Assembly: GCA_017618055.1 (NCBI GenBank)
Contig: JAFZVB010000010.1
Coordinates: 31,631-95,630, forward strand
Direction: 5' to 3'
DNA length: 64,000 nucleotides
DNA from: Clostridia bacterium
Lineage (GTDB): Bacteria; Bacillota; Clostridia; Christensenellales; CAG-917
The position numbers were made by a program, and so were the translations under genes. Below are positions 31,401 through 34,012 of this stretch, one piece after another; the stretch's first letter is position 1; each line of letters opens with the position of its first letter. The notes below the pieces were generated by a model, which saw only the letters and a program-made list of their open reading frames with translations, had not been told where the DNA came from and did no database searches.

Positions 31401-33954
31401 CGAATCCGCCGTCTCCATCTGCTGCTATAACTGCATCTGATGCTGCAGAACCTTCTACATCGTCTTTATTGAGTAATCCACCAACAAATTGTGAAATATC
31501 AAGGCAAATCTTATTTAACCCAATAGCTGTTGCATCTAAGTAAACAACTTGGTCTTCTAAGTATAATCCTAATACCTTCTTGAGTTCGCCTGTTGAAGGA
31601 TCTGTCTTTGTTGCATCGAATAATTCAATCTTTGCTACAGAATTGAGGATGCTATTTAGACCATCGCTTATATCAAGGTTTGCTTCAATCTTTAATAACA
31701 AGTTAGCATCAAATTTTTCTGCTATGTCGAATAAAATCTTAATTAAATAATCTTCAAGAGAATTTACTTGAATATCTGTTAATGTTCCTGGAGCAATATA
31801 GAACTTAATTTGTGTTTCGAGTTTGAGATAAATTGTCTTTAATGAAATGTTATCAAGAACTTGTGAGATTTCAGATAGTTTTCCGATTGTACCAAGTGAA
31901 ACAAAGTTGTTGTCTCCAATTGTACTAATCTTTCTCTTTGCACTACATGTTGTTGTTCCGAATTTAGCATTTACGCCAATACCAATTGACATACCATCGA
32001 AGACACCCATTGCATCTCCAAGTCTTAAATCGATATTGATTAACTTCTCTTTTGCAACACCATAGTTGTAATATGTGATATCGAAACTTCTTATAGGAAG
32101 TTTTGTTCCGTATAATGGATTGTCTACTTCATTTCCATCATCATCTTTCTTTGTTGCTGGGAAGATTAATTCGCTAATATAGTCAATTGCATCATTAGAA
32201 ATTGCTACCAATAATGAACGAATATTTAGGAGGTTGTCATATGGAGCTTCTTCTGTTTCAATCTTAATGCTCTTAACTATATCAATAATTAAATCAAGAA
32301 CTGAATTTACTGTTCCACTTGCAGCTGTTGCTGAAGAAATTCTACGTGGAATTGTTCCGTCTTCGAGTTTTTGTAATAACTCTTCGTATGTTCTAATTTC
32401 TGCTTGAGATAATGCTTCGCTTACGCTAATACCACTTAATAAGTTCTCGATTAATGTTTTAACATTAATACCACTTAGCAAGTCATCTATAATATTTGAT
32501 AAGTTGAGGTCTGTAATCTTATAACGACCGAATTCACCTATCATATTAGACATGTCTACATAAATAGTTTCTGTAGCACCAACATAGTAGATTGCTAATC
32601 TTTCTTCAGTGCCTCTAGATAGAGCATCTCTAATTTTAATTTCTAATTCTGTCTTGGAATTGTCTGTTAAATTTAAGCTACCTTTAATATCAATTGTTAA
32701 TGCATAGTTTGTAGCTGCTGTATTGAGATTTAATCCCCAAAGTGGAGAATCTGGTGGTAACATATTAACCAAGAGTTTGGATAATAATTTTCCTAAAGCA
32801 TCGTCAATATTTCCAATAGTAATTCTCTTTTCTGAGGTATTAATAGCTGCATTAAGTGTAATATCGAAGTCTAAAACCGAATATTCTCTGGTGACTTCTT
32901 TGAGAGCATCTGGTAGGAGGACATAAGATGCTGCATCTTCACCTTGTTGTAATTCATCGCTGTACACGATGTTAGGATCTACACCCTTGCTTATTTGTAA
33001 AGCACCGACAGAAAGGGCGATGTCTTCTGTGAAATATCCATAAATATCGGCTGTATCGGTCTTCATGGAATCCATTGGAGCGTCTAAGAATAGTTCTAAA
33101 GAACTAAGCTTGTTATCTTTAATCTTTGTATCTAAAACAATCTTAACTTCGCTACCGACTATTGCATCAATACGAGATAAGTCTAAACCAAGAACTTGGA
33201 AGATTAAGTTCTTAATATCATCGTTTAAGACACCTGAGATCAAACCAAGTACCATATCCATTAAGTCTTCTACTTGGAATGGGAACTTGATGTTCTCTTC
33301 ACCATTACCAAGGTCTATAATGTCAATGGTCTCTGGAAGCAACATACTTGTTAACAATCCAGATAATGTTTGACCACTCATTAAGTCAATAAATGTTCCG
33401 AGGTCTAATCCAAGGAGTGTATTATAGAAAAGATCCGCAACACTTGTTCCTGCGAACATGTTGTGAATTCTATCAGCAAAATATGCTAAGTCAATCTTAT
33501 CTGTCTTAACAATTTCGGCTCCTTTCTTAACCCCCGTGAAGTCTGCATAACACCAACCATCAACGTAGTACAACGCAGCAACACGGCTTTGGACTCCATC
33601 TACGGTGATTTTATCCAAGCCCATGTAAATTCTTGAATTAGGCGTGTCCTCCTGATTAATGGATCCAGCAACTTGAAGGACGAACTTGTTTCCATTTCCG
33701 TTCTTCTTGAAATCAAATCCCAATATGGTATTGAAATTTAAGAATCCAGCTGTGGATGTGTTTGTGTTAAGTGCTGCATTTTTGACTTTCTCCCATGCAT
33801 AAGCACTTGAAACTGTATTGACAGCGGTACCTTCTGCTGGTGGTTCCACTTCAATAGTTTGTGGCTCAACTGTCGTCTTCTTGTTACATGCAAACAATGT
33901 ACAGCAACATGCAATCAATAAAATGACGATTAAAAGTAAATAAAGTTTTTTCAT
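2641..33954 (-). CDS. giant surface lipoprotein (about 10,437 aa), family unknown
   Basis: One frame stays open for over 31 kb in AT-rich DNA. GGAGG-aaaa-ATG at 33954. N-terminus MKKLYLLLIVILLIACCCTLFAC|NKK is a signal peptide plus lipobox. TAA stop at 2641-2643. A promoter and an upstream terminator bracket the 5' end. Confidence 0.9.
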   Translation of the reverse strand: MKKLYLLLIVILLIACCCTLFACNKKTTVEPQTIEVEPPAEGTAVNTVSSAYAWEKVKNAALNTNTSTAGFLNFNTILGFDFKKNGNGNKFVLQVAGSINQEDTPNSRIYMGLDKITVDGVQSRVAALYYVDGWCYADFTGVKKGAEIVKTDKIDLAYFADRIHNMFAGTSVADLFYNTLLGLDLGTFIDLMSGQTLSGLLTSMLLPETIDIIDLGNGEENIKFPFQVEDLMDMVLGLISGVLNDDIKNLIFQVLGLDLSRIDAIVGSEVKIVLDTKIKDNKLSSLELFLDAPMDSMKTDTADIYGYFTEDIALSVGALQISKGVDPNIVYSDELQQGEDAASYVLLPDALKEVTREYSVLDFDITLNAAINTSEKRITIGNIDDALGKLLSKLLVNMLPPDSPLWGLNLNTAATNYALTIDIKGSLNLTDNSKTELEIKIRDALSRGTEERLAIYYVGATETIYVDMSNMIGEFGRYKITDLNLSNIIDDLLSGINVKTLIENLLSGISVSEALSQAEIRTYEELLQKLEDGTIPRRISSATAASGTVNSVLDLIIDIVKSIKIETEEAPYDNLLNIRSLLVAISNDAIDYISELIFPATKKDDDGNEVDNPLYGTKLPIRSFDITYYNYGVAKEKLINIDLRLGDAMGVFDGMSIGIGVNAKFGTTTCSAKRKISTIGDNNFVSLGTIGKLSEISQVLDNISLKTIYLKLETQIKFYIAPGTLTDIQVNSLEDYLIKILFDIAEKFDANLLLKIEANLDISDGLNSILNSVAKIELFDATKTDPSTGELKKVLGLYLEDQVVYLDATAIGLNKICLDISQFVGGLLNKDDVEGSAASDAVIAADGDGGFDIIALLAAIMGDVTISRDYIEIGLATNLINNLLEALGVNFGDTISISIFDAEGNGGLRISFKDGLDLSQLEIMLFATLNNQLELNITIGGFDLAINSDTLHVEDKDEYIDIFVAPYVWLDLEGGMHIRIAEDTIDLNQNELLINAMAEAGYDIGDLTSSAIQILEAIDVRYNMKVQASLDFYPLFAYLNGERDIYTDKNNSQLLVELEKVSQSSEVKLLLGLYYMGGELYLDATNFGIDRVAIKLDLFELIMNLILKDAYIELKGDELKPVAEGGYAGPRYTKSKDAEGNDVYTRDDENGTYKYAKDVIRINPASEGTTSSDSTLALTAADKQKLAIIIQAEISSTGFMVKLVDGLTQLLADKLALDLPGIALWLKLAIAPEYVEDAAGTYKFVENKNGEYALNNKYGDYVIAEPTYTGTKFKKMADLLSRLGASIHFGIVDENGDDENGLDISIDKIALQIGELKQVDADNVLLNEDKFESITLLDANNNIALDQVYLELTGGINLSAQGTNGGYEDWTVGDWISAVVSQDSKTVQSILHGLLVRIGVNHNISTTIGFRIALLARFNWENGFDVNYVLSHSDLRIELYKGEYIAGGNNTNLITLSLIYQGEVGGVASSTLFLESNLNIIQNTKIYLDGVNLVTLLGLDKSNDEEKKEDESQATPAPAQDPATAEPAATEEESGGLLAGLTGEGGILSDLPALLSNTIYSVTASMDEIKISFAKNLAAFIVSLIVGDGNDQYIELDEGELNTVAFADRYAVTFVEDTSGEYFKHTNGYFYKIKDLSNPPEKRYAPLYVSLANNLYKKDGENYVLIPAEELYTYAGDRYFYYNNEPQKLVGNYYKFVESPDGEDYTSTSEQGFAIALTDAEKSDVFKGTRYRADYISLDNNFYTKSGENYNLIDNIYTFSGQAYFKIGDNYTLFNGTYFKQQSDGSFAAISDEDRKTFTGTLYAVNFVKDNAGAYKYVYAMYDYIDLEDGSRSKWLKEFFPIDPDSSFLALQWGNQYRLEFSLGITPVALGLELSKIRISFSDTASVTETVINKAEYNNVLNFEDLTISAAIAIDFSLAEASEDNPYAIGDYISVFLAELALKFGITVESDIGVNWELRLDANLNTKDSTKAQILLELRDLEKRKMLFGLYLVNGNLYVDMGILSDYDFVVEGTNFAVLLTNVLNKVLGGLGINFGTDGEATTAADPGTVDAGIILNLAERDIQLKITEAVIFSIVSALIGTGDAGNAVELLQQLGLKLSIDLDLDIRNTALALNIDSSILDPKNSISETDIDGNTVYTTEVYRDFFKLGLNVVSPKISFAPQESDIAAIKTSIEKSVYAGILLVELTDEEKDTGYGRWVKEPVMLDTSEYIVGDQIVGDFYTYFDGYFYPATGSYKASEHYFRIEDTTVKAEAVYKRLDARTFGQDLDEEHDFDRFDVFNTNPILSFDLDLFVDMFISTTFKYEGEKAKNYSPSQRYTKRLSDGRFVQDNEGLYVQQSLNMDELLDALIELPFVQNLLVSLENNESVGELLGPMVRSLANSLSFQALYNAPLDLDIVLSIKGNIDLGVLGITSLLTTGDLDELNFDIQTLLSAINLGIEISLNKSESKVTFGIYLVNGDLVIDLSGISGPTIKASLFDILSMFDVDASTILNSGEATASADEGESTLEKVAKILNGVVEAIIFETGTQNIPFINKTYNTLNDVKVKFKSNIIANLLEMLFNKPFVVEGYELDEQNSGIYLFFHDSRFANNPNLVNSQGINPFKGLALELEASLSNGMYFDMATGIGATIRIGKEAEEMLSQEQINAAVEITDYLENLFGTFGLIDKVGTYVTVSSYESQYVDAEKRVDVATRYDQVVDSFRQVSGLVGSHVLVVGEEEYASNRRFLQIDEYAIYFANGVKADISDTLRYARTEVKDGDIIIGYTYEQDSTGEYVLYATQMHVLKSLYLKAKKLDTLPQTMATYTPVYRYVQNDEGGYVFIREGEYISVKDYVKYLGQERVASLVRYSRSEVYVQSNVGKFVEFRNAYLAVVAYSTYTGIAVSDIPKEMRYELDHATQVQKDDGALVYVDVLYVDITKYCLLNAITEDAVDRRIRYNFDGYRYSRDDNGDYVRAEGNEYLGIDSTGIVVDFNLYTTAVADSARYRYIKTVVTQNNQGDYIKLVKGTILSLDDYSYYTGTAIADIPLSIRIDADGNPDQNGNRVKISADMIVTLAQYCFKNGISDANIDTMVPISIRSAVKEVYDQWVDENGDGYKDWTDSDEDGKDDKTGIATTTLLTLADYPYTFIPTEYSSQNIYLSINARLFFETVDKKSVNIGGLLTNWLGDAIIELTSGNIFKDGIGARIAINLDLASLNLNDGLNGILQSDFSNIEVGLELLETNENGEIIVDEYGNTKQKGGLYLYHGTLYLDGMGLFPDANQYAYVPNFMDLIQNVLDYDFSFQEILDGISKEIGLATSSAESSTSEDARTAILELLTTDTSVQLVLTKSLIAVIVAALLPEVGSVAEVFDQFSLTLGIDFGSSNYKMFSDWKYKSAQGETYDPDLKYYTLVYNTLQVGTDYNVGDIISVVAYTLDGSNYVPAYGTYEDGKTYYTLTKTALTAGIDYQAGNTIETGVYQLYSTENALDYVFDDIVGSKQRYTVVSATSQTYTDTASFTAKAGYVLEEDAMGYQVYTMLTQAKIHNIITNKGSVEVYRPTFVQNDNGLYVYIEDDFGQYYACILPLTERYTQHAGIDYELTNGFDEGDQPRIPADIDSEYKDEVKVASQQGQFARAYVEDRWLYIDTERYPLMYSTTGIAPFEPKVEKFVAENSGIAGFQYTDGLKMVVNTTTKESYTYVYYYNNYYVVSGLYNKLTGYTIDSKGTSYSKLHVIKNLYELGITLAFDINGVHAGLTIGGLKIDFGAGHSILPARIIKQQTEGSYTIKYKYNEIYGANAFDSVAKKDRYTLTKYGYVQDDYGNYAHHDYEYCPLVIFYDSTIELAFSVELELSIDEGKIDIGPIFEDLLGDLDGVSIEIPSTTKGYSSAHFRLDASLKLDLYDLSNSELVLELYSIGITGYETLWLGVYYIADVIYINAAVLGLPKLSITSFGVMKYLNTILKDIIGEFYNENVLPDAEDSSEAGVASDAVTANTANGEIDVSVLFDRRTLSIQVANTFIRWALGLVVIDNTTGLTIADLISEHLIANVGVDMRLEDGFNLDLDVALGFKGDRYTIIREDEADVTDKFYRFGRDDLGKYVLEDGVLRVLKPSEKVDSITRYSLEENTEQVQGKNKVYFDTYADAKKTGYYVAYLSEAKSEANMEDYDMNLDLYVGIKNLNIAFNSVHEFLLTAEDIREYSEVGELEHISISEVIDITTLFKADSNIDLAEILTHFFPEIDAESIIAEITAESDAHGDIHRIIEAEINMDIKIAALMNYFRQVFTTGTANFNSDFSVSDLIAIIKAVLNKDDNLNVYQILDDVLSYINTSLVIRTRCGYDEGTGEYTDTHNWISIYFVGGEFEELVENNFGVYGYKSDKTTFVDKEHRYSHYFKAADNNGPYYYNTATKKYDLITENFSEDVDTYYYDSTYCYLNENGEYYRHNGGMYIDLSYFNVPSLYLQSTSIEHLFESLSLNDTINNLIGGSEASTPEEKISATSQSDAEASVTFPLLNDEISGYIRAFLYGLKITSQLTSIIVQPDYINEILQLVMGEDDAFRFSYLDSIQYQVDEQGNRLHDSSLTIYADRSAYNFITSKYAFASEINESNARFIATYNQEEGQYLIAPVDYIITIAEFEAEFGTAYTVDPTTCEISSTEIDRRFENAPIRCNSVGDPQVDGDHVSFMRYEYQEKKNLSAAQLADYTNNNDGVYFDIEMNDAYVYVGNGFTYFGAAESDASTIGIFNDYTDYEYFYGYDGINYFKLNKKANGYIYIAETDAPYYGIDVYVPSGKYEKLTKVTKTERRYKYTDVETYYTPVKYTGGEWAIRSDGSYVLLASLSLVEQGEVQVNERYKMMPMYLNNSVVSIGHDHWPAFRYRTLVNNEYDDTINYGRLEVDGQLRYMEMIRFNEDVKYVTYEANRYGESYVLYIPVMMNNLLIRPTGYTPVETTPAEIISKAKVGTDYRFYGYDVKTLEFIPLTWDSTNNYWYLSNDSEKARYAGSLYMLSIHDEYNPILTIPASTVKNDSFLTMQLYLWDHSITIDVNIPKIDAVDFTYLTKTDYEAIYGVGSAPKAALFTSEPQYIYTPIDPVSFVYDNTEEYFYINQGIYYSLNDTSIYTYSAGAYSLAGTADFTHGDAWDVKYYVGIPEDDPTIYKLIEKKKVYTRAISKYVYTRSEDGEYVRVKVDSSVTYSKLAYSKITSAEYDAYVLAAAHYVYDEKTYSYVVSTDPGATLTYKDILYVYDSETHHYISITNYEVEHSGYDFSSTTIYKARGIEYVSTDDVYYISLSLDGSMYMNSANVYKSMAEFAQSKKSSMYNSKTIWKKDSYASAESNGKYVKVIDNYYGTNDGYYMLVNDYKALVDKPTTDGKLYNIYSNTDDYIRVINGNWYCADNNPKDNGHSIVDMLYTEGLIVDTDKIYVFQQGGYAEFGTVLAKKDVLDNNTQYYLLYSSGASSTLNKVIGGIVGDLDTALEFTKELSGEIEFKITLSYGGTLLLGTNEETGEFQFGLDVFNLELAIDTWRRTNHDDDNTLTHVFGLYYDRDDTVGKSGLYLDLSYFLNEEAKVYVDLSEYPLEDFINDKLYYDKVETYYEATAAAEESEAVTSAGSTLSGGNMTAAYFNIYTSAFGISITSGFLKVLLNNLITGFEQYAGYIPNLEIFIKGELDPYKLKVGLTLDDEEGNALVEAGVRLNGITGDYNTGTVLDFGSLSKYDSIDMTSKDYIFYYGNFVRVDKAGTVSNYDDSVQYYGKDGERKGYVKIASDDYGVAGSWYYTEDGYEAVNGARYNNKVYTRSSNIRVNEDLTKAMKLIETNKYDSYDFKAGTDENSEVIDFYGLVNGEFVQVQYDVFNLVSDNSGLWYYTFDNEAACKLAETRFRGEVYARTVAWGELVGVEPFNVKYDKTLQQWQYVRYDSQGNEELDAYGNVKKYAYAGDVKFVYTGALYRVTKVYGVVDGVEQELSYSTTDGWNFGGIPFDGEIYKKDEAGLATMDYVKIMGLNIGDLFADGLSLDNLDLGALLGDLNSFELGLNVDFQLTFADIISFTEQMSTFIGKDFNFIATSLTKAGFSFDTVFDISIELKAYLDLARLIKGLTATDGNNDILSMLVGTTIYGKIGLKSTYLATYNPEELTDWEATEIILLANLTENADKDVLLNIYLDVSDLSRQFNALGDLFDKVKYEGLNLSKLINGSSSESSAARDSVAKSAALSLNTDAGDVDMGLLGTISIGETIYSLLDALIGRIMITNDMLSIGFKETLLGSIVEMISSRLTDEEKSKLPTLRVTNGKDTSGITLDFNDDGHIALYAVIGIESGILSYSNDSTYTSLSDVKYAFDDKSGQYYVAKSTSGLNNYVMLSDGEYSLVKYVDKLDRWALQSYVALTAEEKAIRAKVYVKENSSYVEREYNANNGLTYYKYVGGDYIELRYADKLLLEKTLYTKSGDVYTEYTGAVDTSATYYVETGNYTYTMVPRYVAITNAERAILEATLYTKSGNTYTAETGAFDPTKTYYIDSGLNKVELTNEQRLVLLKATFTTTDGTTFVETAFDKTAASTTYYFLDSYEMIRKIDNQGTYLYLGYYNIELKASNIYARINKDFSIDTEIDKDGIHYEVYKDLTKLSLNLNIEFDISLFGNSDPGITGNDNVVDLSEILNLVANLMSNEDLEEAFSGAELYTRFKGDIGNDDGPTYRLSLNVFLDIANFKNLQATIELRQYKKPYTGEFMPNPVLCVYLFNDNIYVDAHGLFGDAGLISIDNLGLAKLLDTIELGGTKLGTYLGHDMSQYEEDGDSSSEATTAAHVMDNVEDVSPVFGTAAYLLMTTFPRQFFIQLNSAAVNAIINRIREAQGKADSDYLPDIGALLIAFDSENPDKQLYTNIYAKVSDSFYLALEAKSVTWSREKQPCEFNISKVLTTSSYTSSTAIFNSGSDKQYFRYEKASYIALTDAQAAEYSANGGMVYKDYTGAANRPAFIADSDINFAKVGNNYEYSSTGSKIYMTAVKYESAADYTYFRFQQDNYIEIPMYKGDRYKLDGSTYELDDAGAYYYDKEEDLYKSLIGGTYEQVLAGEAHYQNNYTGTIYESNFQSVYDVGSGEIKLETLSLSVTGELNLSSEGIVKGQANYDKTFSYWIADFLAELLGESDLAGGILSGITSDKISLILPQKTINVVINIMADVNIPAIVKYGISGILYSDIYLQLIEGAPINKTFMEIYYLGSSRLTKTGNIYTLSKNGTIFSDCIYLNLEGLGLGSIAFHGLTGILGAKQPNYTSASTASETEASEAVSAAASSSLYLELGVEHGGFSLKLEKSVIDFALGLLDLDLDLSKMPLQYIEMESRYSLDVGVTELAITAVLDSVGTMLGIRLGDFDLSFSERKLDLDAKIAACQYGSAGITYSKTAGIGALLQNVIDSLNVGLTIHIDRKVDTINLTTLSWFTWKAKRDNRYTSVTLNGIKTKSSIDDEPATYKLKFSISALHPAASGDAMTANLYFFNNDLVLGGFNLQTTIADLLANFLKKIDLGSGKPMFEFANVMGADEATYTYPNSSTTDPVKDTTASANDKYKNGNYSYAADLEGLIAGLEIDFCTSNNYHPYYSGMGTINGSAATDMKYVSLHIEFGKKAFNELLIFLYTTVLSLLQGKEGEESKGIDTSSNWNGSDDAYFVNYSAWGWTSDGSSGEEQIDSNVLGTYGVSGGLAKMFEHIDGLTSTDAKVNFLQPIVKSIPIALLRTVVYNLANVSSTLIALAGAVAGGTLGNFCRLVGAILPLPFASMSTSVANPSAHIYIDMDPDPSAYNLSSSYTMHPGVQAIELYVNAQKVVIGDPNSSLNGTQIYTWGGYTSYRAATSTATQTRYIIPSLGDGVSNMANTQEMLVLRIDPYSTESTSITSPLLGFDEADSASLIGTEPSSIHITDPANRSGYIVVGSSSQDFVLNATAFQDNTLFPAKANVTFNNGEPSLDTGATVVVWDAGGVDFTPYEGEMGEKFAGYVYGYALNICVAAIPVYVTNDYGFKSIKAYKYDGSTWKTEAITRDMQNNVEDLPDMVKISFQTGGTYTFATVAQDMTGAGLSARYDTENDGKTHVTGVAYKSRVKLDDNGNVILTTGLSTNTTTSTWYYQHLDDENKLYYTKGSLTSATKYYPEDITDPLYAVFDSTKNTAFNKLKNSRNYPAGTISWNYGNYSYDFSNANVKVGFSYSWGFTSQSQTITIPMVNYKINDTGVTKYSTTTAGDTYVKTFANFNSLTLASVIPDSNNNGRVDKNEFISYIKSFKYVSGKYASNKSFSGLSVEWDTSLLEDAIDKLVDDNNTPSNTSDDKIKFYEGLRVTIPMYIGGKEFKLNQLKTATGSDYGFTGNADKDTVCKYPYAQAGYVSQVVYVDIVVSSSKVASVSSEFTFNPYSSDDMDATAGQEVLGNIDRETSFGDQVMVVMEGSKKATAISYASGTARLEGPYYVRRGIATLSVTDSDMIVPGQLDTPTMAEYIARYVSYEGLESNDYNVYVKLTIGNSSTGGDQVFFKQVTFAKLTPTVVTREVSDTFNPYWYKGKDANDVPYNTLNVSFKEIAGTITMTPDWTQVKYYSDAGRTKEITGISKGGIIYATVPAEVVVGTGNDAKHLGRKYTKDEDGNVVYVPQTIVVKLKVATKNVKAITFYKDDIYGANLESAASGTWNQIVNVDSYTSKAYAPQAVIGEDGTVYSIDTYIYSTHPEYYFRAPDQTAEDYKTILENSWSCIRGISGFTGATYRKTVLKNCTVVCVEEYNGNKSLAIISGWDYTSYLNNANEDSIRCNISFTIGNQTFNTTIITPSYEVNNVELLNEDGSHFDRFVPQDDDSLVYNACTVWAIPSKVRATVGGNYEFADVSNKTTEQILADYLPYLSTADQIKYLRSLNGLYVDYETWARRVYYKVSSAYYVTYDKYLEVKGNIAIDDANKFKKGTRVDATEEDVGVKTIYILENSHYVPLNIADIDEAKTYVNDHAGSVFVFDAGDTYYNIVEENTDGLYIRVAVANGYVEFDDYCEFEDIDMATYTGSNVYVYVNGSYTETSTSVFVKKYAYEPIDDVKVRIFGVNGQIGDGVLPTRADFFTDADGETKYILMYVDVYAEAKLITQTKRYKVIFEHLDDKVIKIEFNYDENSTDDDIATEYGVADFGAMPTKARVTIDHQDMIKERTVTWTLFDTYTAEELANRVVVREGILGTGLPFADDAKLYIGGVEADPSTYEIQGTEILFRTTIIPADKVELVSGDITTTWNDVDNKSFTLKAANFVNGLPTTAKYYTTINGVQTTKDVPIEWLNVVDLKPVTYTVSGFANRIVYAKAVCDHISILNIVDLTIEPISVVGVESIMNEIKFVYDPYGIITNSDLDAAEEKVLFNDGDTVGVQIKYNNGEEDVTQTVNVVINILDDTLLKASRDASKCKSVFGKTIELPIRYNFADGTKVDSTISVYIEDRTIKRVENASQRSMVVDPYYYKSFGTLFDDQGNIVDGGYGYPEKVSMTMKNRLADGNDALVHYVTLPSDTIIADALKKGGYINSSYQLLVGYKVSDEVYAYQYITMPISVVNRTIASEFFVMPSDYTLIKVTESSSKLTLTYEDYATGNLMRFVYSKGTNKPETIYFDNAFDFDLDLIPDQMNISFSNGEGRNYYIRKTTNGDIASATDAKKVQRADLTIEILNKNPAEADDAIVIDSYKIEVIRSANTVTKYNSNIVFNDDFSYVYEFDPYVTEYADTVYNTEHYNSHGYKNFAETGTYWVDGQYISAATYNDKYANVRAITTPITSMAQYNAWVSGGKVAEGDYVYKVLTYNNGDTIYYRYNSDTKNYYIAPQADDAYVFMYTTQTTVNLEWNTKDVKYTYEGGVHNAQVTIIGQNGVSKETMTAPLSFIDRTINNDTDNKGGIKVGSSYVTELTFDPWTLSDGKYADYLNARNDDYFAGIRYYLDEDGQYAKATLYYDNVRDKYYKVNGNAYAETTEKTGAINIADAKYKFVNYVVGYNQDHTTVTEERYVEMTDYEIYGTYKYLPNSGKVYLNNEVMDYTKIAWNTLSVTIDYAGGVYKAYVYVNGFGEYNFGGNKVGTQRSIITINVKNRTATALVAADQAAIIAIAPSFLKRGTTAGSSITSINPYDYIAPDMPTTLTVTTAEGTQKFYSSDDTNYEANKNYSLVWSYSKFRPSYMGGVVYINALLTGPDGSTQIFRLPFAVEKMQATNVTSVYTGSPRTTGNYPYTSDVNASGVASTTYTIDPYAPLSQSLPQNYKVTFAKSKISSITIGDDGYPTNDYGYTSDGTTSITFGYAKVSMPATFALTLNTSTGAISDGLSSAAERVATIYLGSQERITVNFTTTTTKVTNQNTATTTTGSGKLATYRLPYKQTSGTVMGTIVWIGTATPKDASGNNKLSTAQIVTFSAGTGGIALPDKGRKVVYKLVGVVGALVDKNGTLLDTETLTTSKSIGGITFPAGTILPRYYGVGTTYTITVNLDGSLTVA
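10741..10902 (-). other. hydrophobic Gly/Ala/Leu-rich segment in the junction region of the giant protein
   Basis: Translation is SIPIALLRTVVYNLANVSSTLIALAGAVAGGTLGNFCRLVGAILPLPFASMSTS. Confidence 0.5.
11560..32610 (-). repeat. about 14 highly diverged copies of an unassigned module (hallmark G-[LIV]-Y-[LYF]-x2-4-G-x-[LIV]-Y-[LVI]-D), protein-level repeat
   Basis: Anchor motifs include 32554-32592 (IYYVGATETIYVD), 31534-31569 (GLYLEDQVVYLD), 30706-30741 (GLYYMGGELYLD) and 27955-27990 (GLYLVNGNLYVD). Further anchors are 26563-26598 (GIYLVNGDLVID), 24205-24240 (GLYLYHGTLYLD), 22213-22248 (GVYYIADVIYIN), 17368-17421 (GLYYDRDDTVGKSGLYLD) and 13825-13860 (CVYLFNDNIYVD), plus weaker copies. Confidence 0.6.
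29350..29457 (-). other. acidic / Pro-Ala-rich low-complexity linker inside the giant protein
   Basis: Translation is DKSNDEEKKEDESQATPAPAQDPATAEPAATEEESGG. It is the only long low-complexity tract I saw in the protein. Confidence 0.7.
33886..33954 (-). other. lipoprotein signal peptide (SPase II type) of the giant protein; lipidated Cys is codon 23
   Basis: Two Lys residues, a 13-residue hydrophobic core, then L-F-A-C (Cys codon at 33888-33886). Confidence 0.75.
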
Positions 33955-34012
33955 TTTTCCTCCGTGTATATATACGTCTGTCGTACGTATGTACACATAA
34001 TTAGTTAAAGAT

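Noticed and set aside
2828-33373. Dozens of 60-127-aa plus-strand ORFs inside the giant gene, e.g. 13835-14218, 26219-26593, 5744-6118 and 22281-22637.
   Set aside because: They are antisense shadow ORFs of a long, compositionally biased CDS. Their translations are low-complexity and Cys/Ser/Leu-rich, they lack SD sites, and all are nested in the 31-kb frame.
2641-33954. The giant ORF as an assembly artefact, i.e. collapsed or concatenated tandem repeats.
   Set aside because: The internal repeats are very diverged at the nucleotide level. The longest shared string I saw is a 14-mer, so mis-assembly by repeat collapse is unlikely. Long-read confirmation is still advisable.
33955-33996. A 14-codon N-terminal extension of the giant ORF (MYIRTTDVYIHGGK) given in the ORF track.
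   Set aside because: It has no SD. The extension contains the GGAGG that serves the downstream ATG at 33954, and it coincides with the predicted leader hairpin. The signal peptide begins at MKKLYLL.
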